In this document: positions 12,340 to 22,604 of the stretch, in pieces | How positions within the stretch are numbered: position 1 is the first letter of the stretch | Layout of the letters: the number at the start of each line of letters is the position of its first letter | NCBI GenBank assembly: GCA_040218735.1 | Contig: JAVJQW010000049.1 | Location: 64,001 to 128,000, forward strand | Length of the DNA stretch: 64,000 nt | Reading direction: 5' to 3' | Source: Deltaproteobacteria bacterium | GTDB taxonomy: Bacteria > Myxococcota > Kuafuiibacteriia > Kuafuiibacteriales > Kuafuiibacteriaceae | Program-made: the position numbers and the translations under genes | The notes under the pieces: generated by a model | Told to the model about the DNA's origin: nothing | Database searches by the model: none | What the model saw: only the letters and a program-made list of their open reading frames with translations

Positions 12340-13325
12340 GACTCGCGGTCGAGGCCGAGCTTCGAGTTCTGGTCGGCGAGGAGGCCGAGGCCCCAGATCA
12401 ACATCGCGCCGATGATGCACATGACGGCCGACTCGGAGAGGTTCTCCTTCGTGACGTCGTAGCCGAACTTGCCGAGGCCCACGAGGAAGGTGACGAGGCC
12501 GAGCGGCAGGAACACCTTCAGCGGGTTGAAGAGCACCGTGACGCGGAGGATCAACATCATGAAGTGGTACGCGTGCGTCCACTTGATCTTCGAGGAGCCG
12601 ATTCGCTTCAGGTAGTTGATCGGGACGTAGCCGATCGCCAGCTCGTTACACATGCACGACAGCGTGATGGTCGTCGTGAACGAGAAGCCGGAGGGGAGGA
12701 TGTGCGCGAAGCGGCGCACGTGCTCACGGCGGATCACGCGCAAGCCGGAGTTGAGATCCGGGATCATCTGCCCCGCGAGGTAACTCGCGAACATCCGCAG
12801 GAACCACTTCGCCGGCCGCCGGATGAGCGGGATGTGCACGCTCTCGCCGGTCCGGGCCCCGACGACCATGTCGTAGTCGTTGGCCTGCTCGAGGAGCCGC
12901 GGGATCTCCGTCGCGGGGTAGGTGCCGTCGGCGTCGGTGATGATCACGAGCTCGGAGCGCGCTTCGCGGAAGCCACGCTTGAGCGACGCGCCGTACCCCA
13001 TGTTCCGCGGCTGGCGCACGACCGTGCACGGCTTGGTCTCCGCGATCTCCGCGGTGCGGTCGGCGGAGCCGTCGTCCACGATGATGATCTCGTAGGTGAG
13101 ATCCAACGTCTTCATCACGTCGTGGAGACGATCGATCTCCTCCGCGATCGCCCCCTCCTCGTTGTAGGCGGGGATCACGACCGTGATGTCGTAGCGCTCC
13201 GCGCGCGCGGGCCGCTCGTGGTTCTCGGGGGACGGATCCGCCGGATCCGCCGCGCCGTCCGAGGCCTCGCTCGTCGCTTCTCGTACCTCCAAAGCCGCGG
13301 CATCATGCAACGAAGCCGCAGTCAT
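12327..13325 (-). CDS. Glycosyltransferase family 2 with C-terminal TM helices
   Basis: VVIPAYNEE, VDDGSAD, DADG; start uncertain. Confidence 0.88.
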   Translation of the reverse strand: MTAASLHDAAALEVREATSEASDGAADPADPSPENHERPARAERYDITVVIPAYNEEGAIAEEIDRLHDVMKTLDLTYEIIIVDDGSADRTAEIAETKPCTVVRQPRNMGYGASLKRGFREARSELVIITDADGTYPATEIPRLLEQANDYDMVVGARTGESVHIPLIRRPAKWFLRMFASYLAGQMIPDLNSGLRVIRREHVRRFAHILPSGFSFTTTITLSCMCNELAIGYVPINYLKRIGSSKIKWTHAYHFMMLILRVTVLFNPLKVFLPLGLVTFLVGLGKFGYDVTKENLSESAVMCIIGAMLIWGLGLLADQNSKLGLDRESWPR

Positions 13326-13407
13326 CGCAAAGGTTGAACGATTCTCCCCGGTTCACACTTTACGGATGCGGGCGACGCGTATTTCGTCGTACGTCCACTG
13401 AAGGTCC

Positions 13408-14490
13408 ATGCGGTACCTCAGCCCTGCGTTCGCGCTCCTCATGCTCGCGGCCTGCGGCGAGCCCCAGGTCGAGGTCGACACCCTCGACGCCCCGGGCCCC
13501 TACGCCGTCGGCGTGCGCACGCTCGAAGTCGAGTACCGGCCGCCGCTCACCCTCGAGACCCGGACGCTCCAGACCGTCGTCTGGTACCCGGCGGAGGCCG
13601 CCGAAGGTGAGCGCCCGTTCTACGTGCTGCGCTCCTCGGAGGTGGCGACGATCGACGCACCGCCGCTCACGCTCGGGCCGCGCCCCGTCGTCGTCTTCTC
13701 CCACGGCCACCAGGCCTACGCGGCCGCGATGAGCCGCATCACGGAGCACCTCGCGTCGCATGGGCACGTGGTCATCGCGCCGACCCACAGCGGCAACACA
13801 TTCCTCGACGGCGACAACCGCGAGACGGACATCTACTACCTGCGCACCTACGACCTGAAGGCGGCGCTCGACCACGTCGCGGGCCTCGGCGACGGGCTGT
13901 CCGCGCTGGTCTCCGAGACGCGCGTCGTCGCGGGGCACAGCTTCGGCGCGTACACCGCGTTCGCGGTCGCGGGCGCCGAGTATCCGGTCGACGATCTCGA
14001 CGACGGCTGCGCAGCGGGCACCGTCTCCTCGGGGTACTGCTCCACGCTCGACGACGAAAAACGCGAGCTGTTCGCGGCCGGATTCGAAGACGATCGGTTC
14101 TCGGCGGTGCTCTCCTACGACCCAGGTGACTTCGGTCTGTTCGGGGAGGCGGGGGTCGCGAAGGTCGACGTCCCGACGCTGCATGTCGTCGCCGAGATCA
14201 GCGGGCATCCGGTCGGCGATCCGGCCGCGGACGACTACTGGCGCTCGTTGAATCACCCGGACGACTTCCGCTTCCTGCTGAAGGGCGGCGACCACAACGA
14301 CTTCACCGACGCGTGTGAAGCCGGCCTCGACGTCCGGTGCAGCACGCTCATCCCGGAGCGCGTGTGGAGCGCGACGCGGATCTACACCCTCGCGTTCCTC
14401 GACGGCGTCGTGCTCGGCGAGCCCGGCTACGAGGACATCCTCAGCGGCGCGGCCGAGGTGTCGTCGCTGGCGGAGGTCACGGACCGGTGA
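13408..14490 (+). CDS. Alpha/beta hydrolase lipoprotein (dienelactone hydrolase/PAF-acetylhydrolase-like)
   Basis: Lipobox LAAC; FSHG oxyanion motif; GHSFG nucleophile elbow; late His (GDHNDF). Confidence 0.8.
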   Translation: MRYLSPAFALLMLAACGEPQVEVDTLDAPGPYAVGVRTLEVEYRPPLTLETRTLQTVVWYPAEAAEGERPFYVLRSSEVATIDAPPLTLGPRPVVVFSHGHQAYAAAMSRITEHLASHGHVVIAPTHSGNTFLDGDNRETDIYYLRTYDLKAALDHVAGLGDGLSALVSETRVVAGHSFGAYTAFAVAGAEYPVDDLDDGCAAGTVSSGYCSTLDDEKRELFAAGFEDDRFSAVLSYDPGDFGLFGEAGVAKVDVPTLHVVAEISGHPVGDPAADDYWRSLNHPDDFRFLLKGGDHNDFTDACEAGLDVRCSTLIPERVWSATRIYTLAFLDGVVLGEPGYEDILSGAAEVSSLAEVTDR

Positions 14491-16058
14491 AGGTGTCGAT
14501 CGGCCGGCGCGAGTTCCTCGGCTGGGCGGCGGCGACCGTCGCGGCGGGCTGCGCGGAGGGCCACGACTGCGAGCCGGACGGGGATCCGATCTTCGAGGAC
14601 GTCGCGTCCGCGCGCGCCGAGACACGCGTCGCGGCGGCGCCGTTCACGTTGGGCGTCGCGTCGGGCGACCCGCTGCACGACCGCGTGATCCTCTGGACGC
14701 GCCTCGCACCCGAGCCGCTCGAAGCGGGCGGCGGGATGATCGCGGAGGACGTCCCGGTCGGTTGGCAGGTCGCGCGCGACGAGGCGTTCACGGACATCGT
14801 CAGCCAGGGCGTCGCGACGGCGCGCGCCGAGGACGCCCACGCGGTGCACATCGACGCCGTCGGGCTCGACGCGGACAGCTGGTACTACTACCGGTTCTTC
14901 GTCGGCGAACACAAAAGCGCCGTCGGTCGCACGCGCACGTTCCCCTGCGCGGACGCGGAGCCGGCCTCGACGCGCTTCGCGTTTGCGTCGTGCCAGAAGT
15001 ACCGCGACGGCTACTACACGGCGCACCGCCACCTCGCGGAGGAGGACCTCGACTTCGTCTTGTTCCTCGGCGACTACATCTACGAGAGCGGGGGCGACTC
15101 GGTCCGCGAGGAGAACTTCGAGACTGAGGAAGCCGAAGACCTGGACGGCTACCGCCACCGCTACGCGATCTACAAACGCGACCAGGACCTGCAGGCCGCG
15201 CACGCCGCCTTCCCGTGGATCGCGGTGTGGGACGACCACGAGGTCGACAACGACTACGCCGGCGTCCTCGCGGTGGGGGACGAGGCGCCGACGGCCGAGT
15301 TCGCGGCGCGCCGCGCGGCCGCGTATCGCGCGTACTGGGAGCACATGCCGATCCGCGCCGCGGCGCCGGTGGCGGATTCGCTGCGGCTGTACCGGAGCTT
15401 TGCGTTCGGCGATCTGTTCGAGCTGTTCGTCGTCGACTCTCGTCAGCACCGCGACGACCAAGTGTGCAGCGACGACGACTTCGGGCCGGTGTGCGACGCG
15501 CGCGACGATCCGTCCCGCACGATGCTCGGGTTCGAGCAGGAGCGTTGGCTCTTCGACGGGCTCGCCTCGTCGACGCGGCGTTGGAAGTTGATCGGCAACC
15601 AGGTCGCGCTCGCGACGCTCGACTTCGACGGCACCGTCGCGAACTTCGACATCTGGGACGGCTACACCGCCGCCCGGCAGCGCCTCCTCGACGTGCTGCG
15701 CGACGTGAACAACGCCGTGGTGCTCACCGGCGACCTGCACGTCGCGGGCGTCGCGGACCTCACTGCGTTCGGGAACCTGCCCGGGGGCTCACGAGTGATC
15801 GCGGCGGAGCTGGTCGGCACGTCGATCACCTCGGGCGGCGACGAACCGGCGTCACCGATCGCGGAGCTCGTCACGAGCGAGCCGCACATCCACTACGTGA
15901 ACGCGTCGGTGCGCGGGTACATGCGGTGCACGCTGGATCGTGCGGGGCTGCGGACGGACCTGCGGGTGGTGAGCACGGTCGAGGCGCCGGAGGCGGACGT
16001 TCGCACCGAGGCTTCGTTCGTCGTCGACGACGGCATCCCCGGCGTCCGGCTGGCGTAG
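14487..16058 (+). CDS. phoD: Alkaline phosphatase D family protein, Tat-exported
   Basis: GRREFL Tat signal; GVASGDP, LGDYIYE, WDDHEVDND, WDGY, TGDLH. Confidence 0.9.
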   Translation: MKVSIGRREFLGWAAATVAAGCAEGHDCEPDGDPIFEDVASARAETRVAAAPFTLGVASGDPLHDRVILWTRLAPEPLEAGGGMIAEDVPVGWQVARDEAFTDIVSQGVATARAEDAHAVHIDAVGLDADSWYYYRFFVGEHKSAVGRTRTFPCADAEPASTRFAFASCQKYRDGYYTAHRHLAEEDLDFVLFLGDYIYESGGDSVREENFETEEAEDLDGYRHRYAIYKRDQDLQAAHAAFPWIAVWDDHEVDNDYAGVLAVGDEAPTAEFAARRAAAYRAYWEHMPIRAAAPVADSLRLYRSFAFGDLFELFVVDSRQHRDDQVCSDDDFGPVCDARDDPSRTMLGFEQERWLFDGLASSTRRWKLIGNQVALATLDFDGTVANFDIWDGYTAARQRLLDVLRDVNNAVVLTGDLHVAGVADLTAFGNLPGGSRVIAAELVGTSITSGGDEPASPIAELVTSEPHIHYVNASVRGYMRCTLDRAGLRTDLRVVSTVEAPEADVRTEASFVVDDGIPGVRLA

Positions 16059-16060
16059 CG

Positions 16061-16486
16061 TCAGTGGCAGCCTTCGAAGATCACGTCGCCTGAGACCACC
16101 ACGCGCTGCATCGCGTTGTTCTCGTCGATGTACGAATGATCGCAGTCGATCTTTGCGTCGCCGTCGAGCGCGACGACGTCGTTGATGCGGGTGTTGGAGT
16201 CGAGGATGGTCCCGGTTGCACACGCGCCGAGGCGCGGCCCCATCTGGCGGCCGGCGGGGAAGAACGAGACCTCGGTGATCTCGGTGCCGAGGCTGTCTCG
16301 GTAGAGGCGGACGAGGCGGTCGTCGGTGGTCACGAGGTCGACGCCGTCGAAGCCCTTCGGCTCGAGCGACTCACAGCGGTCGAGCTCGGCCGTCGTGCCG
16401 TCGATGGTGAGGGTGCCTTCGACGGACGATCCGCAGGCGGTCGCGAGTGCGATGAACGAGAGGAAGGCGGGTGCGGTCCACTTCAT
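16061..16486 (-). CDS. Hypothetical lipoprotein
   Basis: Signal peptide and lipobox ATAC; fills the gap between flanking genes. Confidence 0.6.
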   Translation of the reverse strand: MKWTAPAFLSFIALATACGSSVEGTLTIDGTTAELDRCESLEPKGFDGVDLVTTDDRLVRLYRDSLGTEITEVSFFPAGRQMGPRLGACATGTILDSNTRINDVVALDGDAKIDCDHSYIDENNAMQRVVVSGDVIFEGCH

Positions 16487-16550
16487 GGACCTCATCGTCG
16501 GGCAACGAAGCGTCGGTCGCGAACGCGTGCGAGCGGGCACGCGACGGCGC

Positions 16551-17405
16551 TCACGACTCCAGGCGTTTGGCCTTCGCGGCTTCGAGCGTGGACTCCTCGA
16601 TCTTGAACAACCGCGCCGCCGTCCGCCACGCGATGTTCTCGAGCTGCTCCTGTACGAACTCGAGCTCGTGCATGAACTTGAGATAGGGCTTCATCGCGAC
16701 GAGCGGCCAGTCGCTGCCGTACATGAGCTGTTTTCCGGGGTCGCCCATGTACGTGATCATCTCTTTGAGCCGCATCGCGACGTAGCGTTCGAACGCGTAG
16801 TCGAATTCACCGAGCGTGAGCCCCGAGATGTCGGCGAACACGTTGTCGTTCTTGTAGAGGACCTCGGCGGCGTCCTGGAACCACGGGTTGCCGAGGTGGC
16901 ACATCACGAACTTCACGTCGGGGTAGTCGACCGCGACGTCGTCGACCAGGAGGGGGTGCGCCATGCGGACCTTCGCGGTCTTCGCGTAGGTGTCGCCGGT
17001 GTGGATCATGACCGGCACGTCGTACTTGGCGGCGATGCGGAAGACACTCTCCAGCGACGGGTCGTTGATCGGGTAGTGGTCGTAGCCGGGGTAGAGCTTG
17101 ATGCCGCGGACGATGCCGTCGCGGATGCGCTCCTCCATCGAGAAGAGGTCGGTGCGTTCGTCACCGCGCCACCTGAGCCCCTCGACGACGGTGCTGCGCG
17201 GGTCCTCATGGAGGTGGTCGACGAGGTCCTCGACGGCGGGACGATCCACGTCGACGCGGTAGGAGGTGATCACGACGACGTGGTCGACGCCGGTGTCCCT
17301 CATCTTTTCGTAGAGGTCCGCGACGTTCTCCTGCGTCGGGCGGCGGGTCGACTCGTGGTAATTGTTGAGGTGCACGTGCGAGTCGATCAGGAAACGCGAG
17401 CTCAT
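16551..17405 (-). CDS. Amidohydrolase family (amidohydro_2) metal-dependent hydrolase
   Basis: IDSHVH, GIKLYP, IHTG, CHLG, YGSDWP. Confidence 0.88.
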   Translation of the reverse strand: MSSRFLIDSHVHLNNYHESTRRPTQENVADLYEKMRDTGVDHVVVITSYRVDVDRPAVEDLVDHLHEDPRSTVVEGLRWRGDERTDLFSMEERIRDGIVRGIKLYPGYDHYPINDPSLESVFRIAAKYDVPVMIHTGDTYAKTAKVRMAHPLLVDDVAVDYPDVKFVMCHLGNPWFQDAAEVLYKNDNVFADISGLTLGEFDYAFERYVAMRLKEMITYMGDPGKQLMYGSDWPLVAMKPYLKFMHELEFVQEQLENIAWRTAARLFKIEESTLEAAKAKRLES

Positions 17406-18422
17406 GCGGGGAGCCTACCGGACGCACGGTGGCCGCTCCACGTCGTGACGGGTTTCCTCGGGAGCGGGAAGACCACGCTGATCGCGCACCTCCTCGAATC
17501 CCCCGCGGCGTCGGGCACCGCGGTGATCGTGAACGAGGTCGGCGACGTGTCGATCGACGACCGCCTCGTGGCGCACGTGACCGAGGACGTGCAGGTGCTC
17601 GCGTCGGGCTGTCTGTGCTGCACGCTCCGCGACGATCTCGCGGGGGCGATCGAGCAGCTGCACACCGCGTCCGTAGAGGCGGGGCGGGCGATAAGCCGTG
17701 TGGTCTTGGAGACGAGCGGGATCGCGGACCCCGCGCCCATCGTGCACTCCGCCGCGCGGGATCCGCGGCTCGCCGCGCGGCTGCGCGTCGCGGGGGTCGT
17801 CGCGGTCGTCGATGCCTCGCGCGCGTTGACGTTGCTCGACACGCAGCCGGAGGTCGCGCGTCAGATCGACATCGCGGACCACGTCGTCCTCACGAAGGAG
17901 GACGTCGCGCCCGAGGGGGCCGTCGAAGCGATCGAGGCGCTGCTCACCGAACGTTACCCGGGGCGGGGGATCGAGCGGGGCCCCGCGGCGCTGCTCGTCG
18001 GTGCGCCGACGTTGACCAGCCGCGCCGAGGCGGCCGGCTGGCTCGCGCCGCTGCACGACGGCGACGCGGCCGTGGACCGACGGACGATCGATCTGCCGAG
18101 CCCGGTGTGCCTCGACGCGCTCGCGCTGTGGCACCGCATGGTGACGAGCCTCGACGGCCTTTCGCTGCTCCGCATCAAGGGGATCGTAGAGGCCGACGGC
18201 GCGCGCTGGGTGATGCAGTCGGCGCAGCACGCGGTGTTCGAGCCGCGTCCGCTGGCGGGGGCGCCCGAAGCGTGGTCGGGCTCGCGCCTCGTGGTGTTGA
18301 GCCGCGGGATGCCGAAGCCCGCGCTCGATCGGCTCGAGGAGGCCGCCGTCCTCGCCGCGCGCGGTACAAGGCGTCGACCCGTTCGGCAATCGGCTGGAAT
18401 TACTGGCTCCAGACCTCGGTGA
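17376..18422 (+). CDS. CobW/COG0523 family metallochaperone GTPase
   Basis: GFLGSGKTT, NEVG, GCLCC, ETSG, TKED, LRIKG; start uncertain (GTG 17376 follows GAGG). Confidence 0.8.
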   Translation: MRVDQETRAHAGSLPDARWPLHVVTGFLGSGKTTLIAHLLESPAASGTAVIVNEVGDVSIDDRLVAHVTEDVQVLASGCLCCTLRDDLAGAIEQLHTASVEAGRAISRVVLETSGIADPAPIVHSAARDPRLAARLRVAGVVAVVDASRALTLLDTQPEVARQIDIADHVVLTKEDVAPEGAVEAIEALLTERYPGRGIERGPAALLVGAPTLTSRAEAAGWLAPLHDGDAAVDRRTIDLPSPVCLDALALWHRMVTSLDGLSLLRIKGIVEADGARWVMQSAQHAVFEPRPLAGAPEAWSGSRLVVLSRGMPKPALDRLEEAAVLAARGTRRRPVRQSAGITGSRPR

Positions 18423-18477
18423 CACTTCGGGCGAATGACCGACCGACCGATGGCCGCACCGATCCGGTGTGGTATTC

Positions 18478-20079
18478 ATGTCCCACATGGACCGTCGCCC
18501 CTGGGCCCTCGCGCTCGCCGTCCTCGCGGCGTGTTCGCAGAAGGCCGAAGACCCGCCCATCGTGCTCACCGAGCTCCCGGACGTGGCGCCGGCCGAGGCG
18601 CACCTGACGCGCCTCACGGCCACGCAGTACCGCGCCGCGATCACGGACGTGCTCGGCGAAGGCCTCGCGCTGCCGCCGCAGCTGGAGCCGGATCTGCCGT
18701 CGTCCGGGCTGCTGTCGGTCGGGGCGTCGGAGTCGACGATCTCCGCGTGGGGGGTCGAGCAGTACGAAAACGGCGCCTTCTCGATCGCCGCGCAGATCAT
18801 GGACGACGAGACGCGTCGCGCCGCGCTCGTGCCGTGCACGCCGCAGGGCACCGTCGACGCCGCGTGCACGACGGCGTTCGTGGAGCAGGTCGGCCGTCGT
18901 CTGTGGCGTCGCCCGCTCGAGACCGATGAGCGCGACGCGCTGGTCGCCGTCGCGAACGAAGCGGCGATGACCCTCGACGACTTCTACGCGGGGCTGGAGT
19001 TCGCGCTCGCGGGGCTGCTCCAGTCGCCGAACTTCCTCTTCCGCGTCGAGCTCGGCGAGAGCGGGCGCTACGACGACTGGGAGATGGCGTCGCGGCTGTC
19101 GTTCTTCCTGTGGAACACGGTGCCGGACGAGGCGCTCCTCGACGCCGCCGCCGCGGGTGCGTTGAGCACCGCCGAGGGGCTCGCCGCGCAGGCGCGCCGG
19201 ATGATCGACGACGAGCGCGCGCGCGACGGCGTGCGGCAGTTCTTCACGGACATGTACGAGCTGTACGAGCTCGACGCGCTCGCCAAGGACCCGACGCTGT
19301 TCGTTCACTTTTCGACGGACGTCGGCGGGTTCGCGCGGGAGGAGACGTTGCGGCTGGTCGAGTACATCGTCTTCGAGAAGGACGCCGACTACCGCGAGCT
19401 GATCACCACGAACGAGACGTTCGTGAACCGGCACCTCGCTTCGATCTACAGCGTCCCCGCCGCTTCGCGGGAGGGCTTCGCGAAGGTGACGCTGCCGCGC
19501 TCCTCGGGCCGGCGCGGGGTGCTCGGGCACCTGTCGTTCCTCGGCTTGCAGTCGCACCCGGCGGCGTCGTCCGCGGTGCTGCGCGGGTTGTTCGTGCGGA
19601 AGGTGCTCCTGTGCCAGGAGATTCCGCCGCCCCCCGTGGACGTGAACACGGCGCTCCCGGAGCCGACCGAGGTCGCGCCGACGCTGCGCGAGCGGAACAA
19701 GATCCACCTCGAGAACCCGAGCTGCGCGCAGTGCCACAACTTCATGGATCCGATCGGGCTGGGGTTCGAGAACTTCGACGGCCTCGGTCGGTGGCGTGAG
19801 AAGGACAACGGCGCGCTGATCGACGCGAGCGGCGACCTCGACGGCAAGCCGTTCACGGACGCGTGGGAGATGGCCGAGGTCGTGCGTGAGCACGAAAACG
19901 TCGGCATCTGCCTGACGCGTACGCTGTACCGCTACGCGACGTCCCACGTGGAGCAGGCGGACGAGGGGCAGCTGATCGTGGCGCTGTCCAAGCGGTTCGA
20001 GGAGCAGGGCTACCGGATCAAGGCGCTCCTGTTCGACATCGTGACGAGCCCCGGGTTCGCGAAGGTCGAGGTGCAGTGA
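18478..20079 (+). CDS. DUF1592-family (DUF1587/1595/1592/1588/1585) lipoprotein with one CxxCH heme motif
   Basis: LTRLT..QY, LQSPNFLFRVE, ASRLSFFLW, SAVLRG, CAQCH..MDPIG.GFENFD. Confidence 0.85.
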   Translation: MSHMDRRPWALALAVLAACSQKAEDPPIVLTELPDVAPAEAHLTRLTATQYRAAITDVLGEGLALPPQLEPDLPSSGLLSVGASESTISAWGVEQYENGAFSIAAQIMDDETRRAALVPCTPQGTVDAACTTAFVEQVGRRLWRRPLETDERDALVAVANEAAMTLDDFYAGLEFALAGLLQSPNFLFRVELGESGRYDDWEMASRLSFFLWNTVPDEALLDAAAAGALSTAEGLAAQARRMIDDERARDGVRQFFTDMYELYELDALAKDPTLFVHFSTDVGGFAREETLRLVEYIVFEKDADYRELITTNETFVNRHLASIYSVPAASREGFAKVTLPRSSGRRGVLGHLSFLGLQSHPAASSAVLRGLFVRKVLLCQEIPPPPVDVNTALPEPTEVAPTLRERNKIHLENPSCAQCHNFMDPIGLGFENFDGLGRWREKDNGALIDASGDLDGKPFTDAWEMAEVVREHENVGICLTRTLYRYATSHVEQADEGQLIVALSKRFEEQGYRIKALLFDIVTSPGFAKVEVQ

Positions 20080-21395
20080 TGAAGCTGTCCAGGCGCACGT
20101 TGCTCAAAGGCGCGCTCGGCGGCGCGACGGTGACCGTGGGGTTGCCGGCGCTGGAGTGCATGTTGAACACCCACGGCACCGCGCTCGCGAACGGGACGCT
20201 GCCGAAGCGGTTCGGGATCTGGTTCTGGGGGAACGGTGTGCTCCCCACGCAGTGGGTGCCGACGGGCGAGGGCACGGAGTGGACGCTGTCGGATCAGCTC
20301 TCGCCGCTCGCGGACGTGAAGGACGACATCTCCGTCGTCAGCGGGATGTCGGTGAAGACCGGCAACGCGATCCCGCACGGCTCGGGCCCAGGCGGGATCT
20401 TCTCGGGCGCGCCGCTGATCCTGCAGGGCGGGGAGGAGTACACGTTCTCCACGCCGAGCATCGACCAGTTCATCGCGCGGGAGATCGGCGGCGAGACGCG
20501 CTTCCGTTCCCTGGAGCTCGGCGCGAAGCCGGGGCCGGGGCTGTCGTTCAACGGACCGAACAGCAAGAACCCGCCGGAGTCCTCGCCGCGCCGGTTCTTC
20601 GACCGCATCTTCGGCGGCAACTTCACGCTGCCGGGTGACGACCCGACGCCGGACCCGCGGCTGAGGCTGCGCCGGAGCGTGCTGGACGCGGTGATGGGCG
20701 ACGTCGGTCGTTTGAACGCGCGGCTGTCGATGCACGACAAGCAGCGCCTCGATCAGCACCTCACGGGCATTCGCGATCTCGAGCGGCGCCTGCAGCGCCT
20801 CGAAGAGAACCCCCCTTCGCTCGAATCGTGTGCGCTCCCGGATCGGCCGGCGGAGACGTTCCCGGACGTCGACGGGCGGCCGCCGATGCCCGAGATCGCG
20901 CGGGCGATGGCGGACGTGTTGGCGTTGGCGCTCGCGTGTGACCAGACGCGGGTCTTCTCGTTCTGGTTCACGTACCCGGTGAACAACGTGCTGTTCCCCG
21001 GGATGCCCGCGGGGCACCACCGCCTGACCCACGACGAGCCGGGGGAGCAGCCGATGGTGAACGACATCGTCAAGCTGATCACCACGGAGCTCGCGTACTT
21101 CGTCGCGCGCCTCAAGAGCATCCCGGAGGGCGACGCCACGCTGCTCGACAGCTGCGCGGTGCTCGCGACGTCCGACACCTCTTGGGGCCGAAACCACACG
21201 CTCGACGACTACCCGATCGTCATCGCGGGCAACGCGTGCGGCGCGCTGAAGAAGGGCGTGCACTACCGCTCGCCGTCGAACGAGAACGCCACGATGGTGT
21301 TGTTGTCGCTGGTGCGCGCGATGGGGATTCCGGCGGCGGAGTACGGCGCGGAGGCCGGGCACGTCGACCGCAGCCTGGGGGCGATCGAAGCATGA
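20076..21395 (+). CDS. DUF1552 family protein with Tat-like signal
   Basis: SRRTLLKG...LPALECM, SIDQ, ALACDQTRV, TLLD; follows the DUF1592 gene as is usual. Confidence 0.85.
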   Translation: MMKLSRRTLLKGALGGATVTVGLPALECMLNTHGTALANGTLPKRFGIWFWGNGVLPTQWVPTGEGTEWTLSDQLSPLADVKDDISVVSGMSVKTGNAIPHGSGPGGIFSGAPLILQGGEEYTFSTPSIDQFIAREIGGETRFRSLELGAKPGPGLSFNGPNSKNPPESSPRRFFDRIFGGNFTLPGDDPTPDPRLRLRRSVLDAVMGDVGRLNARLSMHDKQRLDQHLTGIRDLERRLQRLEENPPSLESCALPDRPAETFPDVDGRPPMPEIARAMADVLALALACDQTRVFSFWFTYPVNNVLFPGMPAGHHRLTHDEPGEQPMVNDIVKLITTELAYFVARLKSIPEGDATLLDSCAVLATSDTSWGRNHTLDDYPIVIAGNACGALKKGVHYRSPSNENATMVLLSLVRAMGIPAAEYGAEAGHVDRSLGAIEA

Positions 21396-22210
21396 GGCGC
21401 TTCACGTGGACGTTGGTGTTCGGGCTCGCCGCGTGCGGCGGGACGGCGGTCGAGCCGGGGCCGACGCGGTCTTCGGTGTTCAGCGTGGTGTCGTTCGAGC
21501 GGGAGGCGGACGGTGTGTCGGCGGGGATGAACCTCGACGGCTACGTCAGCACCACCAACGACGATCGCGCGTGTAAGAAGGAGGACTTCCTCGCGCCGGA
21601 CGGCACCGAGGGGGTCGACAACCAGCTCGCGACGCTGCTCCCGCTGATCGATCTCGTGGGCGAGAACGCGGTGGAGGAGATCCTCCAGATCGCGGTCGAC
21701 GAAGGGCGCCTGCTCATCGTAGCGGACCTCGCGATAGCGGAGGACGGCACGGCGACGGTCGACATCCTGCGCGGGCAGGACGTCCCACTGCTCGGCACGG
21801 ACGGACGCATCCTCGGCGGGCAGACGCTCGGGCTTTCGGACGAGCCCCCGCTGGGATCGACGGAAGGCGCGATGGTCGACGCGGATACACTCGAGACCGC
21901 GCCGTTCAACCTGCGCTTCCCGGTGCTCGTCTTCACGCAGCTGTACGAGGTCACGTTCGAGGACGCCGTGGTTCGGTTCGAGCTGGACGAAGCGGGCCAC
22001 GTGAAGAGCGGCCTCATGGCCGGCGGTGTGCCGATCGTGGAGCTGATCGACCTGTTGGAGACGGCCGCGAACTTCGGTCAGGACTTCGCGGATCTCTTCG
22101 GCGACGCCGTGCGTGAGTCCGGCGACCTCGCGCGGGCGTCCGACGGCACCTGCCAGAACATGTCGGCGTCGATCTCCTTCGAGGCGGTCCCGACGTTCAA
22201 GTTCAGGTAG
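21392..22210 (+). CDS. Hypothetical lipoprotein
   Basis: ATGA coupling; lipobox LAAC; G.NLDG and GVDNQL motifs. Confidence 0.7.
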   Translation: MRRFTWTLVFGLAACGGTAVEPGPTRSSVFSVVSFEREADGVSAGMNLDGYVSTTNDDRACKKEDFLAPDGTEGVDNQLATLLPLIDLVGENAVEEILQIAVDEGRLLIVADLAIAEDGTATVDILRGQDVPLLGTDGRILGGQTLGLSDEPPLGSTEGAMVDADTLETAPFNLRFPVLVFTQLYEVTFEDAVVRFELDEAGHVKSGLMAGGVPIVELIDLLETAANFGQDFADLFGDAVRESGDLARASDGTCQNMSASISFEAVPTFKFR

Positions 22211-22220
22211 GCTGGGGCGC

Positions 22221-22604
22221 ATGAACGACGACGCGCCGGACAACGACGACAAGAGCCTGACGCGCGCCTTCTTCGAGGACCGGATCCCCCGCGCGATCTT
22301 CGACAACCGCACGATGTTCGAGCTGCTGCGGGGGAGCATCTGCATCGCCGTGAAGGACGAGGGGGCCTGGACGCTGCGGTTCGGTTCCACGAACCCGGGG
22401 TTCTTCACCGAGGAGCTCGACGAGTCCGCGGACTGCGTCTTGGAGTTCGAGCGGGTGGCGTTCGAGAAGGTGCTCCGGAGCGAGCCGCTCGAGCCCCAGG
22501 ACGAGCCTCGGATGTGGGGCGAGGACAAGATGCTCAAGGCGTTCGGGAAGCTCCTGGACCAGGGCGCCAAGGGGCAGCTCGGCATCCGCACTTCGAGGGA
22601 ATGA
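22221..22604 (+). CDS. SCP2 sterol-binding-like small protein
   Basis: Pattern GAWTL...ADCVL...GED resembles the SCP2 fold; adjacent to a second SCP2-like gene. Confidence 0.5.
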   Translation: MNDDAPDNDDKSLTRAFFEDRIPRAIFDNRTMFELLRGSICIAVKDEGAWTLRFGSTNPGFFTEELDESADCVLEFERVAFEKVLRSEPLEPQDEPRMWGEDKMLKAFGKLLDQGAKGQLGIRTSRE

